A stretch of 64,000 bases of DNA from Convolutriloba macropyga (taxonomy: Eukaryota). The notes beneath the pieces are model-generated. The model worked only from the letters and a program-made list of their open reading frames with translations. It made no database searches and was not told the DNA's origin. The DNA lies in NCBI RefSeq assembly GCF_964194025.1, contig NC_134480.1, positions 44,268,001 through 44,332,000 on the forward strand, given 5' to 3'. The translations under genes were made by a program, and so were the position numbers. Positions within the stretch are counted from its first letter, which is position 1, and the number at the start of each line of letters is the position of its first letter. Shown here one piece after another: positions 11,700 through 24,013 of this stretch.

Positions 11700-14600
11700 T
11701 AAAGCGCACCCGCTCAAGGTTTTCAGAATGATCCCATCATCTCCGGGAAAAACTTGCGTTACTCGGGCAACAGGCCAAAGGCCTCGGGGGTGAAGTCCTC
11801 AAGGATCCATACTAAGTCGTCCAATTTCAGATTCTTTGAACTTTTGTTCCATTTGGGACGAATTTGTTGGCCTGGAAGATACTCTCGCAGAAATTGATTC
11901 CAGAATGGAGCAGCTATTTGTTGCGATGTACGCCAAGCTTTCGAAATGTTCTTTTTGTCTCCAATAAAAACGTCAGGAGGCAAATTGACCGAAGACCTAC
12001 CTAGAAGAAAGTAATTTGGAGTTAAAGGTAAATGATCATTTATATCACAAGGAACAATTATTAGGGGCCTATTGTTCATATTTGCTTCTATCTCACACGT
12101 AACTCTGCATAATATTTCATCGGTAAGCGTTCGTGACCCGATGACCTTATAGATAGAGAGTATAAAAATCAGCACTAATCGCTCCCAAATTCTACCGAAA
12201 TGCAGGCCGCTGGAGGGTTACTTACGATTTCGAATTTCATAAGGTGCAATTTTGCCGCAAAAGATTGTGACGCTTTTAAGTCGGCGATGCTGGACTGGAG
12301 GCGAACCAACAAATGATTTTGCGCAGTCTGAAATGAATTAATTGGGTTTTCCTCTCCGGCTGACAAAACGTCTCATGCAATCATTTGTTGAGTCGGTGCT
12401 AAGTTCATTTGAAACCTCGAGATGGACTGCTCTGACAACTAGACATGTAAATAGTAGTAGGTAACGACTAAAGCCTGCCATCGTTCTTAACAGGAAACGG
12501 TCCAAAAAATAAGTCCAGTTGTTTCGAAGACAAATTGATTGTTTTTAGGCAACATTTCCTGAGGAAAAGCTGCCCTTTTAGGAATGCTAAAGTCTTGGAT
12601 CATTCGGCGACATGGAAGATAGTGTGTTATGGTTTGTTTTGCCACGCTCGACACCGAAGTATCCAGTAATACTCAAGTAGAATATTCCTAGTTTGTTCGG
12701 GACCACAGTGACAGTATAGTTCGTGTGTATGCTGTATCAATAATCTAGTGGCAGTGTTATTGGCGTCGAGTATCAAGGGGTAACAAAAAGTCATCAAAAG
12801 GCTTGCTTTTGACAAACGGCCTCTTGATCAAAGTTGATTGTTTTTGTGTATGAACGGGGATAGAAGTTTTAGTCTGCTAGAGCTGGATATGTCATCACTT
12901 TTCTTCAAAGCAAAGATTTCTACCTTGAAATCTTGTTTCGGGGTTGTTTGAATGATATGCAGATACGCTTTAGTGTAGAGACTTAACTGAATGTTTTTAG
13001 CAAGAATCTTTATTACGCTTCTTGAACTTATCGGCAAAGAAGAAACAAAAGGCGATTACCTGTATTAGTCTGTTCCAACTGCTGAATCTCTTCAAATTGA
13101 CAACAGTTTCTGTTACAGGTACTGAGCAAGGGTAAGATATTATCCTCACATACTGAGATTAGAGAATCTCTTGTTTGGGCTAGTCTGATATATGTTTACA
13201 AAAAACGACAGTCCTGAAATCCAGCGGGATTCCGATGTCATTTCAAAAACACTATAACCTCTAGTTCCGTCATCTGCTGGGTCAGCTGCCGATGGAATGT
13301 ACCTCCAATCAAAAGCAGAAGAGACATCTAAAATTTTGGCCAAGCAATTAGCAATGAAAATTCTGTGTCGCATTTCAGGTGTTCGCAACCAGTAGAGAGC
13401 AGTTGTGCTGTCAGACCAAATTATGCTTCCGGCGCAATCTATATCTTGTTCTTCCTTAACAATTTGTGCAAGATGAGCACCGTACTCAGCTGCTTGCAAT
13501 TCTGAATTAGGAATAGTCATCTTTTTCAGCGGAGCTACACGAGATTTTCCTATAACGAATCTAACGGCAATTGACTGATCGGAGTACTTGACTCTGATAT
13601 AACTGACGGCTGACAGAGCAAACTCGGAAGCATCAGTAAACGTATGAAGTTGAACTGATTGGATAGGTTTGTCTAGAAAGTGCTCTCTGGGGATTTGTAG
13701 GTCCTTGAAATTGGCGATTGCATCCCTTGAAATGATAAAATCAGGAATATTTTGAACCAGAAGTGGCTTATCTCATTTCGGTCCTTGATTCCAGGCAGCC
13801 TGTAAAACTTTCCGCCGTCGAATAGTTAGAGGAACAATAAATCCTGCCGGGTCAAATAGGGACGCTACAAATCTCAGTAACTTTCTCTGGGTTATGTCCT
13901 CATTTATTTTAATTTTTCGGAAAAGCTTAGTTTCGATCATGTAGCAATCAGTTATAGGGTTCTATGGTAACCCAAGTACCTTTTGAATTTGAGGCTGAAC
14001 TTTTGATGTGTCCAATCTTATGCCAGGCTCTACAGTTTCAAGGAACTCAGAACTGTTAGAGTTCCATTTGGTGGGGTTGAAACCTCCTCTTGATAGGTCC
14101 GCTCTCATTTCACGTAGTATTCTTTGTGCGTTTTCGATTTAGTCAGTAGCAACATAGAGATGGCCCATGTAGACGTTGCGTTCAATGTATTTGATGACAT
14201 CTGGAAACTGTTCTTAATTGTCGCGAGCTGTTTTTCTCAGTGCATTTGGTGCAATGCAACGCGAGTCCGAAGCGCCGAAAATATGGCTGTTGTATTCATA
14301 TGTTTCAACGCGACCATCGTTTTTCCAGAAAAAACGCAGTAATTTTTGCTCTTCAGGCTTTACTTTGACCTGCATGAACCTCTGTTCAATGTCTGCGGAT
14401 AATGCAAGCTTATTCTCTCTGAATCGCAGAATAACACCTGTGAGGTTACGGAGCAGATCTGGTCCTTTCAGTAAGTTCAAGCTCAAGGACTGACCCTGAA
14501 AAACACTTGACGCTTTGGCTACACGCCGCACTTTACCGGGTTTGTTCTCGTTGGTTACTGGATGGTGAGGTAGTATAGAAGCAATTGAAACAGAGTCACC

Positions 14601-17255
14601 TGTGCCAGGATCAACTTTAGTGTCAAATCCATTTCCTTCTCAAGCTTTTCTTCGTACATTTGTTTGAGCTGTGCATTATTGATAGTTTGTCGATCAATTG
14701 GTAAAGATGCTTCTCAGCAAGCCATCTGTTGTTGGGAAGTTTTGTATTTTCCTCCCGAGGAGACCAACTTGATAGTGTCCGTCAATGAGTTGTGTTGTGT
14801 TGTCCAGTATTTCGAGGGCTCTTTTATCATTTTTGGACATTGCCTTTTTGGGTGAAGCTATGCCCAAATTTTCTATTTTCATCCAATCTGATACTATTTT
14901 GAACATTGGTTCATCCATATTAGGGTGGCTATTGAATTGAGTGAACTGTACGGGGTAAGTTTCGTCTTGTGTCAGCTCTTTTTTTCCTGCACATGTCCAG
15001 CCTAGCTGGGTCTCTACTCCACAAGGAGTGTTCTTGTGTCCTTTCACTATTTGCTTGTAGTGAATCAGATCAAGATTATCTATTCCAAGAATTATTGAGA
15101 CAGAGTTATTACCAATCTCAGGAAAATTGATATGACTGAGGTGTTTGAACGATTCAGAGAGTTGGTTCAATTTTTTTTGTATCGGAAGGTGACATATTCA
15201 GATTCGGGACAGCAATTACGTCAGTTAGAAAGAAATTTTGCTGTTCAGACTGCAGTGGCTTAATATAAACACTTACAGGAATGCAGTCAATTTCTTTTGT
15301 CATGTGGTATCCACTGATTGCCATTTTGCCAATGACTTTCATGTCAATGTTTAGCTCTGAGGCTGCTGACTTAAGCAATAAGCTCAGACAACTACCATTG
15401 TCTAAATAAGAATATGTACTTAAGGTCTTCTCGCCGTTTTTCAATTGCACAGAACTATGACGACTTGACCTGTTCCTTATAAATGGACTGCTTTATCGTT
15501 AGTTTTCTTAGAGCCAAGAGTTATATCGAAACTATCATGAAGCAGAGTGTGCTGTTTTTTCTACAATAGTTATTACGGCAGACGTATTTTGAGGCGCACT
15601 TGTCGACGTGGTGACTTCCAAAACAGTTAAAACTCAACTCAGGTTTTCTTGTGTGGTCTCATCGAATGCTCGCTGAAACAGACTGGAAACGCGTGCATTT
15701 ATACAAGAATTGACAATTTTCATTGCTGGGCATGGCTTGATTTCTGTCTGCTTGTTCTCAGACTTGCGCTGTTTCGGAATTGCTCCTGGTAACTATTATT
15801 CTTGTTATTGGTAGCCTTATTATATCTGCTCAAAAAATTGTTTTCTCAGTTGTTTTGAAGTTGTTTTGCGTAACGTGATTTATAGAGCTCAAATCATTAC
15901 ATGCTTTAGAGAAAGTGAGAGGCCGCTCAGATAGTGTTTGGAGAGACGGTTGCTGATATTTTTTCTCAAAAACAAATTTGTTTACCTCGAGCCGTACAGG
16001 GTTGGAAGTTTTGCGAGTGCAACATTCAGATTAGTTGTTGAATGTAGATCGTGAATGAAACCTAATTGGGATAAGGTGTCCACCATTGTTGAAAGGAAAG
16101 AAGAGAACTGTGTATAGCTTTCTGGATGAGCTAGATTTGGGGCTTTGAAACTTGAGTGTCTTTCGAGAAATGCGTTTACAATAAGTTTTGGGTTACCAAA
16201 ATGCTCTGGGAGGCGATTTATTGCTGTAACGTATAGGTCACCGTTGAAACCATAACCGTCCACAAGGGCCTTGGCTTCGTCGGTTAATAGCGACTTTAAA
16301 TGAATTTTTTTTCGGGTGATGTCATTGGGGCTCGGTCAATAGTAGCTTGAAATGTGCTGAACCATTTCATCCAACTCAACGGATCGTCATTGAAATGATC
16401 TGCGTTTAATTCTGGTACAGGTTTCTGGAAACAAAAGGAAATCGATACTGATTGTCCCAAAAATTTTAGCATTTGTGAAACAATAGTTTGCGAGAAACTA
16501 CTGAAAGTTGGTGGATTGGATGGGTTAAGGTAGTTTTGAGTGGGAGTTTTGACTTTTGTTGACGAATATCTAACTGGAACACTCACGGAAGGTGGTTGAG
16601 ATGTGCTGCAGGGTGCAGTTGACGATCGCGAAAAAGATGAAGACGTTGTGTGGCCATTATAAGTTCAACCACCGGGGGCAGTGAAACTTGAACCAACGGC
16701 AAAAAAGCTTCCAGCGAGCGGTGAAGCGGAATCAAATAATTGAGTTTGTTCAGTAACGGATTCGTCGGAAAAAACTAAGGCGAGGCTTTTGTTGTTGATG
16801 CAGGATTATAATGTCATAATGGATGATGTTTTTCTTGGAATCAGGTTCTGAAGCAGTCGTTTCTTGCTGGTTCCTTGGCTTTACCTCTTTAATTCGTTTT
16901 CTTAACAACGTGAAAGTCCTTTTTATGTCTATTTTTAGCCGACTGAAGTCTCTGGACATCCGATCTTTTCATCAAGTTCAACGAAACTTAGCAATTCAAG
17001 AACTATGGGCTCAAGTCTCTGTTGCATCGCTCCTATGTCTTCTGTTGTTTCGTTCAAACTTTCCAAATCGTCTGAAGCTTCAATTTCGGAAAGCAAGTAG
17101 TCAATATGACGCTTTATGTCATTTTCAATCATTAGTTTTGACGTTTCTAATCGCTTCTGTTCATTTGATTTGATTGCTGTTGAGGTGCCTATGGATTGTT
17201 GAGTTAAAATTGTTTCATCCGGAGAATCGGATGAATTAGTACTCATTTTTGACAC
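11700..17255 (-). pseudogene. Frameshifted BEL/Pao gag-pol
   Basis: Gag (FNDDPLSWMKW, HFGNP, knuckle FNCFGSHHVDKCASKYVC..HTLLH at ~15540-15640), protease YLDNGS, RT (SLNLLKGPDLL, LSADIEQRFMQV, FGASDS), RNase H (HTFTDAS, TIPNSELQAA, WSDSTTALYW, PADDGTRG), integrase (HELYCHCG..LLEYYWI, EIEANMNNRPL, LTPNYFLLGR, FWNQFLREYLP). Many stops and frameshifts. Confidence 0.9.
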
Positions 17256-17369
17256 TGTATTGAGGTTGACCTCATCTCAACCATTAATGAGAAGTCAGAG
17301 TTGTGCAGACAAACCGAGTGGAATCAGAAATCTTTTGATGGTTACAGTAGTTTTTTTACCGCAAGAAGC

Positions 17370-17995
17370 TAACAATACCTATCAAAATCAATGCCTAACA
17401 TGTGTTAGAGCCAACCAATACCTACAAAATAGCAATGCTTAACAAAAACCTACCAAAAGCCGGAATCTGCCAATACCTACAAAAACAATACCATAACCTA
17501 CCAATACCTAACAAAACCAAAACCTATCAGATACCGGAACCTACCAATACCTACCAAAAGCCGGAACCTACCAATAGCTACCAAACTAATACCTACCAAA
17601 CACCTGAACCTACCAATACCTACCAAAGGACAGAAACTATCAATAGGGCCCACCAGAAAGAGACCTCAGGTCGGGTAAGACCCCAGAAGAACCGGAAAGA
17701 AGTCGTTGAGTCAGGGAAATGACCAATCAGAAGGGCGTCCTTGGAGCGGGTAAAACCGCAGAAGAACCCAAAAGCAGATGGGGGATGGGGAAACGACCAA
17801 CCAGAAGGGGGTCCTCGGGGTGGGTAAAAACCCAGAAGAACCGAAATGCGATTGGAAGTTTGAGGAAACCAAAATCCAGAATGTGTCCTCAGGGTGGGTA
17901 AAACCCCAGAAGAACCGAAAAACAAGTGGGGGTTGGGGAAACGACCAAACAGAAGGGGGTCCTCGGGGAGGGTAAAACCCCAGAAGAACCGAAAA
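17370..17995. repeat. Two degenerate tandem-repeat blocks in the BEL 5' UTR
   Basis: ACCTACCAA(T/A)-type units at 17370-17640, and GGGTAAAACCCCAGAAGAACCGAAA/GGGAAACGACCAA units at 17650-17995. Confidence 0.75.
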
Positions 17996-18232
17996 GCAGT
18001 GAGCGAAATTAATTATCGACAAAATGTTCAACGTTGCAAACTTTATCTTTGTCTTTTTGCGTATTTACCCCACCATAGTCCGATTGTTGTTAAACAGGTC
18101 TTATTTCTGATCTTTGGATATTCTGAAACATTGAAAAAAAATCATGGTGCAAACCGGGTTAGCTCATTGGAGAATGGGCTTTTTTTAAAATAATACTTAG
18201 ATTTAGGTGTGGTTTCGAAGCTGTTGGGTTGG

Positions 18233-18243
18233 GTTGGGTGCCA
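18233..18243 (-). promoter_or_regulatory. Primer binding site, tRNA-Lys-like
   Basis: TGGCACCCAAC 4 nt inside the 5' LTR, one mismatch from the tRNA-Lys(CUU) PBS TGGCGCCCAAC. Confidence 0.65.
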
Positions 18244-18247
18244 AAAA

Positions 18248-18464
18248 TATTATTGAATTATGTTGGGATGGGGAATGTGCTTAGGACAATTTTGATTGTG
18301 TACTAATAAAGTGAAATTAAAATTGATTTGTTTTGTTTCGCTTACTTTTTTGCTATAAAAGGTTTTGAGAAGTTGACTACCTCCGTTAGGTTTTGAAATT
18401 GATTGTGTTTTCGTTTTGCCGGCTTTTTCCTCGAAAACGATCAAAAGTCAACTTGTCCTTAACA
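18248..18464 (-). repeat. 5' LTR of BEL/Pao element
   Basis: Starts TGTTAAGG on the - strand. About 18 differences from the 10877-11093 copy. Followed by TTTT and the PBS. Confidence 0.9.
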
Positions 18465-18679
18465 GTTCCAGAAAACTTTTCCTAATAATGGTTTACTTAC
18501 TAGATTAGTTAAGAGTTCAAGCACGTGATATTGGTCCTTTAGCTCTGAATAAATACCCCATCCTAATTATTAAACTTGCATGTACACATTTGTGTACGTC
18601 CAGTGGAAAACGTAAACACTTTTTACAAAATTCAATTGTGAGAAACACTTGTAAAATATTGCAGCTACAGTTCAGAAAA

Positions 18680-20500
18680 CGCCATAAAAAGTCGAAAATA
18701 GCCAAAAAAACGTCTAAAATAGCTGGGAAACGTCTAAAATAGCTGAAAAAATCTCCAAAAATAGCCGGATTAACGTAAAAACAATCCAATAGAAAAAAAA
18801 ACATAGAAACTCAGAGTCTGAAAGAAAATCATACCTATTAGGTTAGTTATTACACATAATGTGCGCAATCATATTGAAATTTGAGCCCAAAACGTTTACT
18901 CAACAAAAAGTTATTAACAAACGAGCACTCGACCTCGCCTATTTCACCTTTCTAAGCGCCCTTCTTAAAAATATTTTTTCTCTCTTGCGCTTCACATTTT
19001 TGATTCTTTTTCCCTACCACCGTCAAATCAATTCCTAGTTTTGTTAATCTGAAAGACGAGTTTATATTTTGATAGGTTTCAGGTAAAAAGCAAAGTACTC
19101 ATTGCACATCAACTGTATGCAACAAAAAAGCAAAAATTGATCGGCCGGATTGATAAAACAAAATTACAAGTAGAATTGTGAAAAGCAGAATTTGACTAGA
19201 AAAGAGATCCAACAGACCAGATTGAAGGCCAAGTCTGAATAAGCATCCTATACCTAACTCCAAGTGCTGGGCCAGTAGAAATGCAATTTCTCATCTTCAT
19301 TGAATCATAGACTGATGTATCTCACTTGTCAGACGTGCGTTCATCTTGATTTTACAATGGCCAGATTTGCGACAATTCTGATCTTCCACTTGCCACACTG
19401 CGGCCACTTCTGATTTTTTACAATGGCCAGACTTGCGCCAATTCTCATCTTTCATTTGCCAGACTGCGGCCAATTATGATTTTGCAATGGCCAGACTTCC
19501 GCCAACTCAGATGTTTTACTTGCCAGACTGGCACCAATTCTGATTTTTTATTGCGAGACTGACGCCAATCTTGATTTTTTACTCAAAAATTTTTACTCGT
19601 CGAAAATAGCCAAAAAAGTTAAAATCATCCGAAAAAAAACGTCAAAAAAAGCAGGGGAAATGTCAAAAATAGCCGAGAAAATACGTGAAATGTCTAAAAT
19701 AGCTAAAAAAAATCATCAAAAATAGCCGGGGAAACATGAAAAACAGTCCAAAAAAGGCTCAACTTAGTGTAAATTCTCATAGAAATTCAGGGTCTGATAG
19801 AAAATCAGACCTATTTTTTTTAGTTATTACACATAATGGGCGCATTCATATCAAAATTTGAGCCAGAAACATTTATTCGACAGAAAGTTATTAACGAACG
19901 AGCGCTCGGCATGACACAGATTTTCGGGGTACAGAGCCTGAAATCTTAAATAATTACGGAAATACTGAACAAATCGGAACCACACCTGGTTCATTAGAAT
20001 TTCCGTGAACTAAATTTTAAAATCATATATATGAATCTGTTTTTTAACCCAGTGGTTCGGGAACTATTGGCCTCCGGGCATAGCGCAAGTAGACCCTTTT
20101 TGATACCAGTAACCCTTTGCTCAATCGGAAAATAATGACCATAGACAATAGATTAACTAACTGATGACAAGATTAAGCTACTAGCTGGTACCCAGGGATA
20201 GAACTGATTTCACCGTAAAAATGTCAAAAACAGCCAAAAAATGTCAAAAATAGCCGGAAAAAACGTCAAAACTATTCAAAAAAGAAATAAAAAACAGCCG
20301 AAAAAACGAGGGAGCACTGTATTTTGTCAAGAAATTAGGGAAATGTTGGTCTCCGACCATAACTCAAGTTGACCCGTTTTGATATCAGTCACCCTGAGCT
20401 CGTTCGCAAAATTATGACCATAGACAATAGAATAACTAGCTGAGGGCAAGATTAACTTAGTAGCTGGTACCCAGGGATAGAACACATTTCACCAAGAATT
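18680..20500. repeat. Composite repeat region of probable non-autonomous TE origin
   Basis: AAAATAGCC-rich blocks (18680-18930 similar to 19600-19910), a degenerate TGGCCAGACTTGCGCCAATTCTGAT tandem at 19355-19575, and a direct pair at 20135-20213 / 20413-20493. Confidence 0.6.
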
Positions 20501-21229
20501 TCACCCTAACTGTCTTCGGGTTGATACATTACAACTATCTGAAATGTTAATTTTGTGAATTTCCGGCCAAAAGCGGGCTGAAACGGCTACAAAACGGCCA
20601 GAACAACTGAAATGCCCGCAAGTGGTCCAGATTTTGGCAACAAGACTCCCCGGTGTGCTAACGTGCTGTTTGGTATAACCCTGGCATCATTTCATAGCAC
20701 TCTGCAAAAGTAATCAAAAATAAACGCGAAAATGGTGGCTCGTTTAAAATTTTTCTAGAATTCGAAAAATTCTTTTTTTGAAAAGATAATTTACACTTGG
20801 GAATCACTTGCCAAGTGTAATTCAAGTCTGATATGAGTAATACACTTGACATTGTTATGATTCAGTACTATTTTTTGTAGAAAAACTGGCATTTATACTG
20901 GTCCAGTCCTAAAACTCACTTGGAGTTAGGTACGGAATTGATATACTGAATTTTTATGTCCTGATCCAGCAGTGACAGGTTTTTTGAACGTGTCTTTGCG
21001 TTGTGACTTTATGGAGCTAACGATATCTGAATGCGAGTTTTTAAGTTTGAATTATGATCATTGAAACGTTCGACAGCCTTACAACTTTTTCCGACTAAAT
21101 AAATGCCGCTATTAATTGTTTCTGTAAGTGCATGGCATTTTGAGTTTCTGCAAAAATATAGTGCTTGTTTTAAAAATGGCAGATTTGTTTTCACTTAAAC
21201 TTTTACAAGATAAATCTCCATTGTATAAA

Positions 21230-21680
21230 ATTTGATGAGATTGAACTCGCATAGTGAGAAAATCAAAATCCGAGAAAAACATTTATCCTGCTAGAAATAA
21301 TAGGAGGTCCATCAAATTCTCTCTCTGCATAATCAGATAAAACATCACAAGGAAGCCTTTTAAGAAACTTTTAAAACTTCATGAGATAAAAAAAATTAAA
21401 TCACTGTGGTACCAACTGCGCGAAAACCGCTGGATACCAAAAAAGCTGCTGACAGCAGTCTTTTCATGTTTATCAGCTACTTTCTTTCTAGCTTTGTTTC
21501 TTTTGGTGTTCGTATTGTTCTCGATACAAATGGTATAACACAAACCAAGATTGTGGCAAAAAGTTTTAATTAAACAAAAGAAGAATTTAAATCATCATTC
21601 TAATGAATCAGACAGCTCAAGGTTTTATCAAGAGTCGGATTGCCCTAATTGTAAGTTATGTTCGAATTTGCTTTTAAGTA
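21230..21680. repeat. Dispersed repeat copy related to 23740-24160
   Basis: Shared AATAGGAGGT..TCAAATTCTCT, AAGATTGTGGCAAAAA and AAGGTTTTATCAAGAGT blocks. Confidence 0.7.
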
Positions 21681-23012
21681 CTATGTCAGATCAAAATCCG
21701 AACCCCACCAACCCCACTCCCCCCCCCCCACACACACACACTAATTTTGACAGGAACACATTTCTTCGGTAATGGTACAAAGATAATATGGATTTATTCT
21801 CATGCGTATCAGCAAGAATAAGAAATGATTACTTTGCTTAAAAGATTATAATATTTGTTTTTAGGGACCTTGACTTTTCATACTTCTTGTAGCGTGATTG
21901 CTTAATGATAAAACCAAATTCAAGTTCACCGGCTGATAAAATTACCTTGAATAAACAATTCACGAAGAAACTATTCTATTCTCATCTCAGTTAAATGTGA
22001 GTAATTTTCTCATAAAGGTGAATTTTATAAACGAACTTTGATGGTTTTCTAACGAATCTGCGTCTTTTAGAAGGTAAGCTCCTGTCATCAAATTTGCTAT
22101 ACTCATTTCCAACCAAAGCACACATCAGCCGCAGTTTTTTTTCTGCTAAGTCTAACTAAACCAAACAGAATTCGGCAACAAAATCTGTCCTAGTGGAACG
22201 ACATTTTTCAAGATTTTTGTAACTGAAACCCCCTTGTTTGTTGTTATTGATGAAAATTATCAATCTAAGATCTAACATAAACCAATAGGAAACATGAAAA
22301 TTTGTTCGCCAAGTTCACCCGAAAAAAAATATAGCGACAAAATTGCGTATCAGACAAATCTGCTACAGTAAAATTTTTTATTTAAAATATCCCTCTGCAA
22401 ATTTGTGGATAGTTTTGACTATTTCAACTGCAACAAATTACTTTGTGATCATGATCAAGACATTCTAGCGTCCGGCAAGAAACTTTACTTCTTAATAAGG
22501 GAAAAGATCGTTGTAAGCCAGATTCTAATGATTTTTCTATTTTGTAAATTTAGATACAAAACTTTTTTTTCCAATTTGAAATCTGAACGATTCAACAGTC
22601 TACATATCTGAACTTGAATTTCAGTTAAAATCAGTTAAAGCAGCCATTGAAGCTGTTAACCATGTACCTGTAAATTGAGTTTCTTTCTTTCCTTTTGCTA
22701 GAATTCTTTTTGTTAAAATTCCTATAAGTAAGGATTTCCTTATAGCAATCATGCAGAAGAATAGAAATATAAACCAATAAAGAAGCTCGATAATATGCGA
22801 TTGCACATAAAGTTCCAACACCGCTCATCCACAATTTTGACATAATTGTCTACCAAATGAAGAACAGATAGAAAACCCTAAAAATTCAAGTTTTTTTCAT
22901 TAGTGTTTGAACAAAAAGATAGCCTCCAATGCAAATAACTCAAGAGTGTGAAGGAGGATTAGATTGCTGAGATCTGCCAATTTTAAGAAAGCGAGCCAAG
23001 AAGAACAGCAGA

Positions 23013-23073
23013 AACAAACAAACAACAACAACAACAACAACAACAACAATAACAAGAACAACAACAACAACAA
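23013..23073. repeat. (CAA)n microsatellite
   Basis: Direct inspection. Confidence 0.9.
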
Positions 23074-23514
23074 ACGTTAAAACATCCAAAAATTTATGAC
23101 CATTTTAATATCAAAGCTTAATAAAGAAGTCAAAATAAAGTAAGATAAAACTGAAAAAAAAATAAAATAACTTGTACTTCTCTAGAAACGATATGGCACC
23201 AGTCCATAACAAGGCCCGGTAACAATTAGACAAAAAAAGAACAAAAGCAACAAATTTAAGAATTCTAGTAAAATTTTTCAAATCAATTAATTCCAAAGTA
23301 ATGAAAAGCATTAGAAATCAAATGAAATTATCCCGCAGCTTTACAATTTCGTATGTTTCTCTAGAGGGACATTAATACATGTTTCATGAAGGACATTATT
23401 ACAAGTAACTCAATTTTATATGCCGTTACCAAGAGAACAACAAATAGACAACAAACAAAAAGTCGATTCAAATTTGGCAGAAAACGCTGTTAAATGCGTA
23501 CAGCCATACTTTGC

Positions 23515-23517
<3 letters not shown>

Positions 23518-23562
<45 letters not shown>
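23518..23562. repeat. (TA)n microsatellite
   Basis: Direct inspection. Confidence 0.95.
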
Positions 23563-23565
<3 letters not shown>

Positions 23566-24013
23566 CGATTGCGCCTTCTTTGAACTCCAATAATGTAGCA
23601 TGTGACTTTGGGACTAACTAGAAATGCTGCTATTAATAATTTATATAAGTGGCTATTTGAGTTTTTTCAAAAATTTAGTAGTTAGCTTAAAAATAGCTCC
23701 TTTGTTTGCATGGATTATTTTACACGAAAAATCTTTTATTGAATAAAATCTGATGAGCAAAATTCTAGAAAAACAATTGTGCTTCAAGAAGTAATAGGAG
23801 GTTCTTCAAATTCTCTGCGCATAATGTGATAATACCTCATAAGGAAATTCTTTAAGAAACATTTAAAAATTTAGATATAAAAGTTCATTTGATTGTTGTA
23901 GAAACCGCTCAAAAACCAGCTGGAACCCAAAAGTAGCTGCCGGCAGCGGTCTTTGCATGCGTTTGCTTTCTTTCTAGTTTTTCTTAATTATTGTTCGTAT
24001 TGATATTGATACA

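Larger units (their letters stand above)
10877..18464 (-). mobile_element. Full-length decayed BEL/Pao LTR retrotransposon (~7.6 kb)
   Basis: Two 217-bp LTRs, 5-bp TSD GTTCC (10872-10876 and 18465-18469), PBS and PPT, and gag-PR-RT-RH-IN order with BEL-diagnostic motifs. Confidence 0.93.

Noticed and set aside
17402-18193. Pro/Thr-rich and Gly/Lys-rich ORFs
   Set aside because: By-products of tandem repeats in the BEL leader, open in several frames on both strands.
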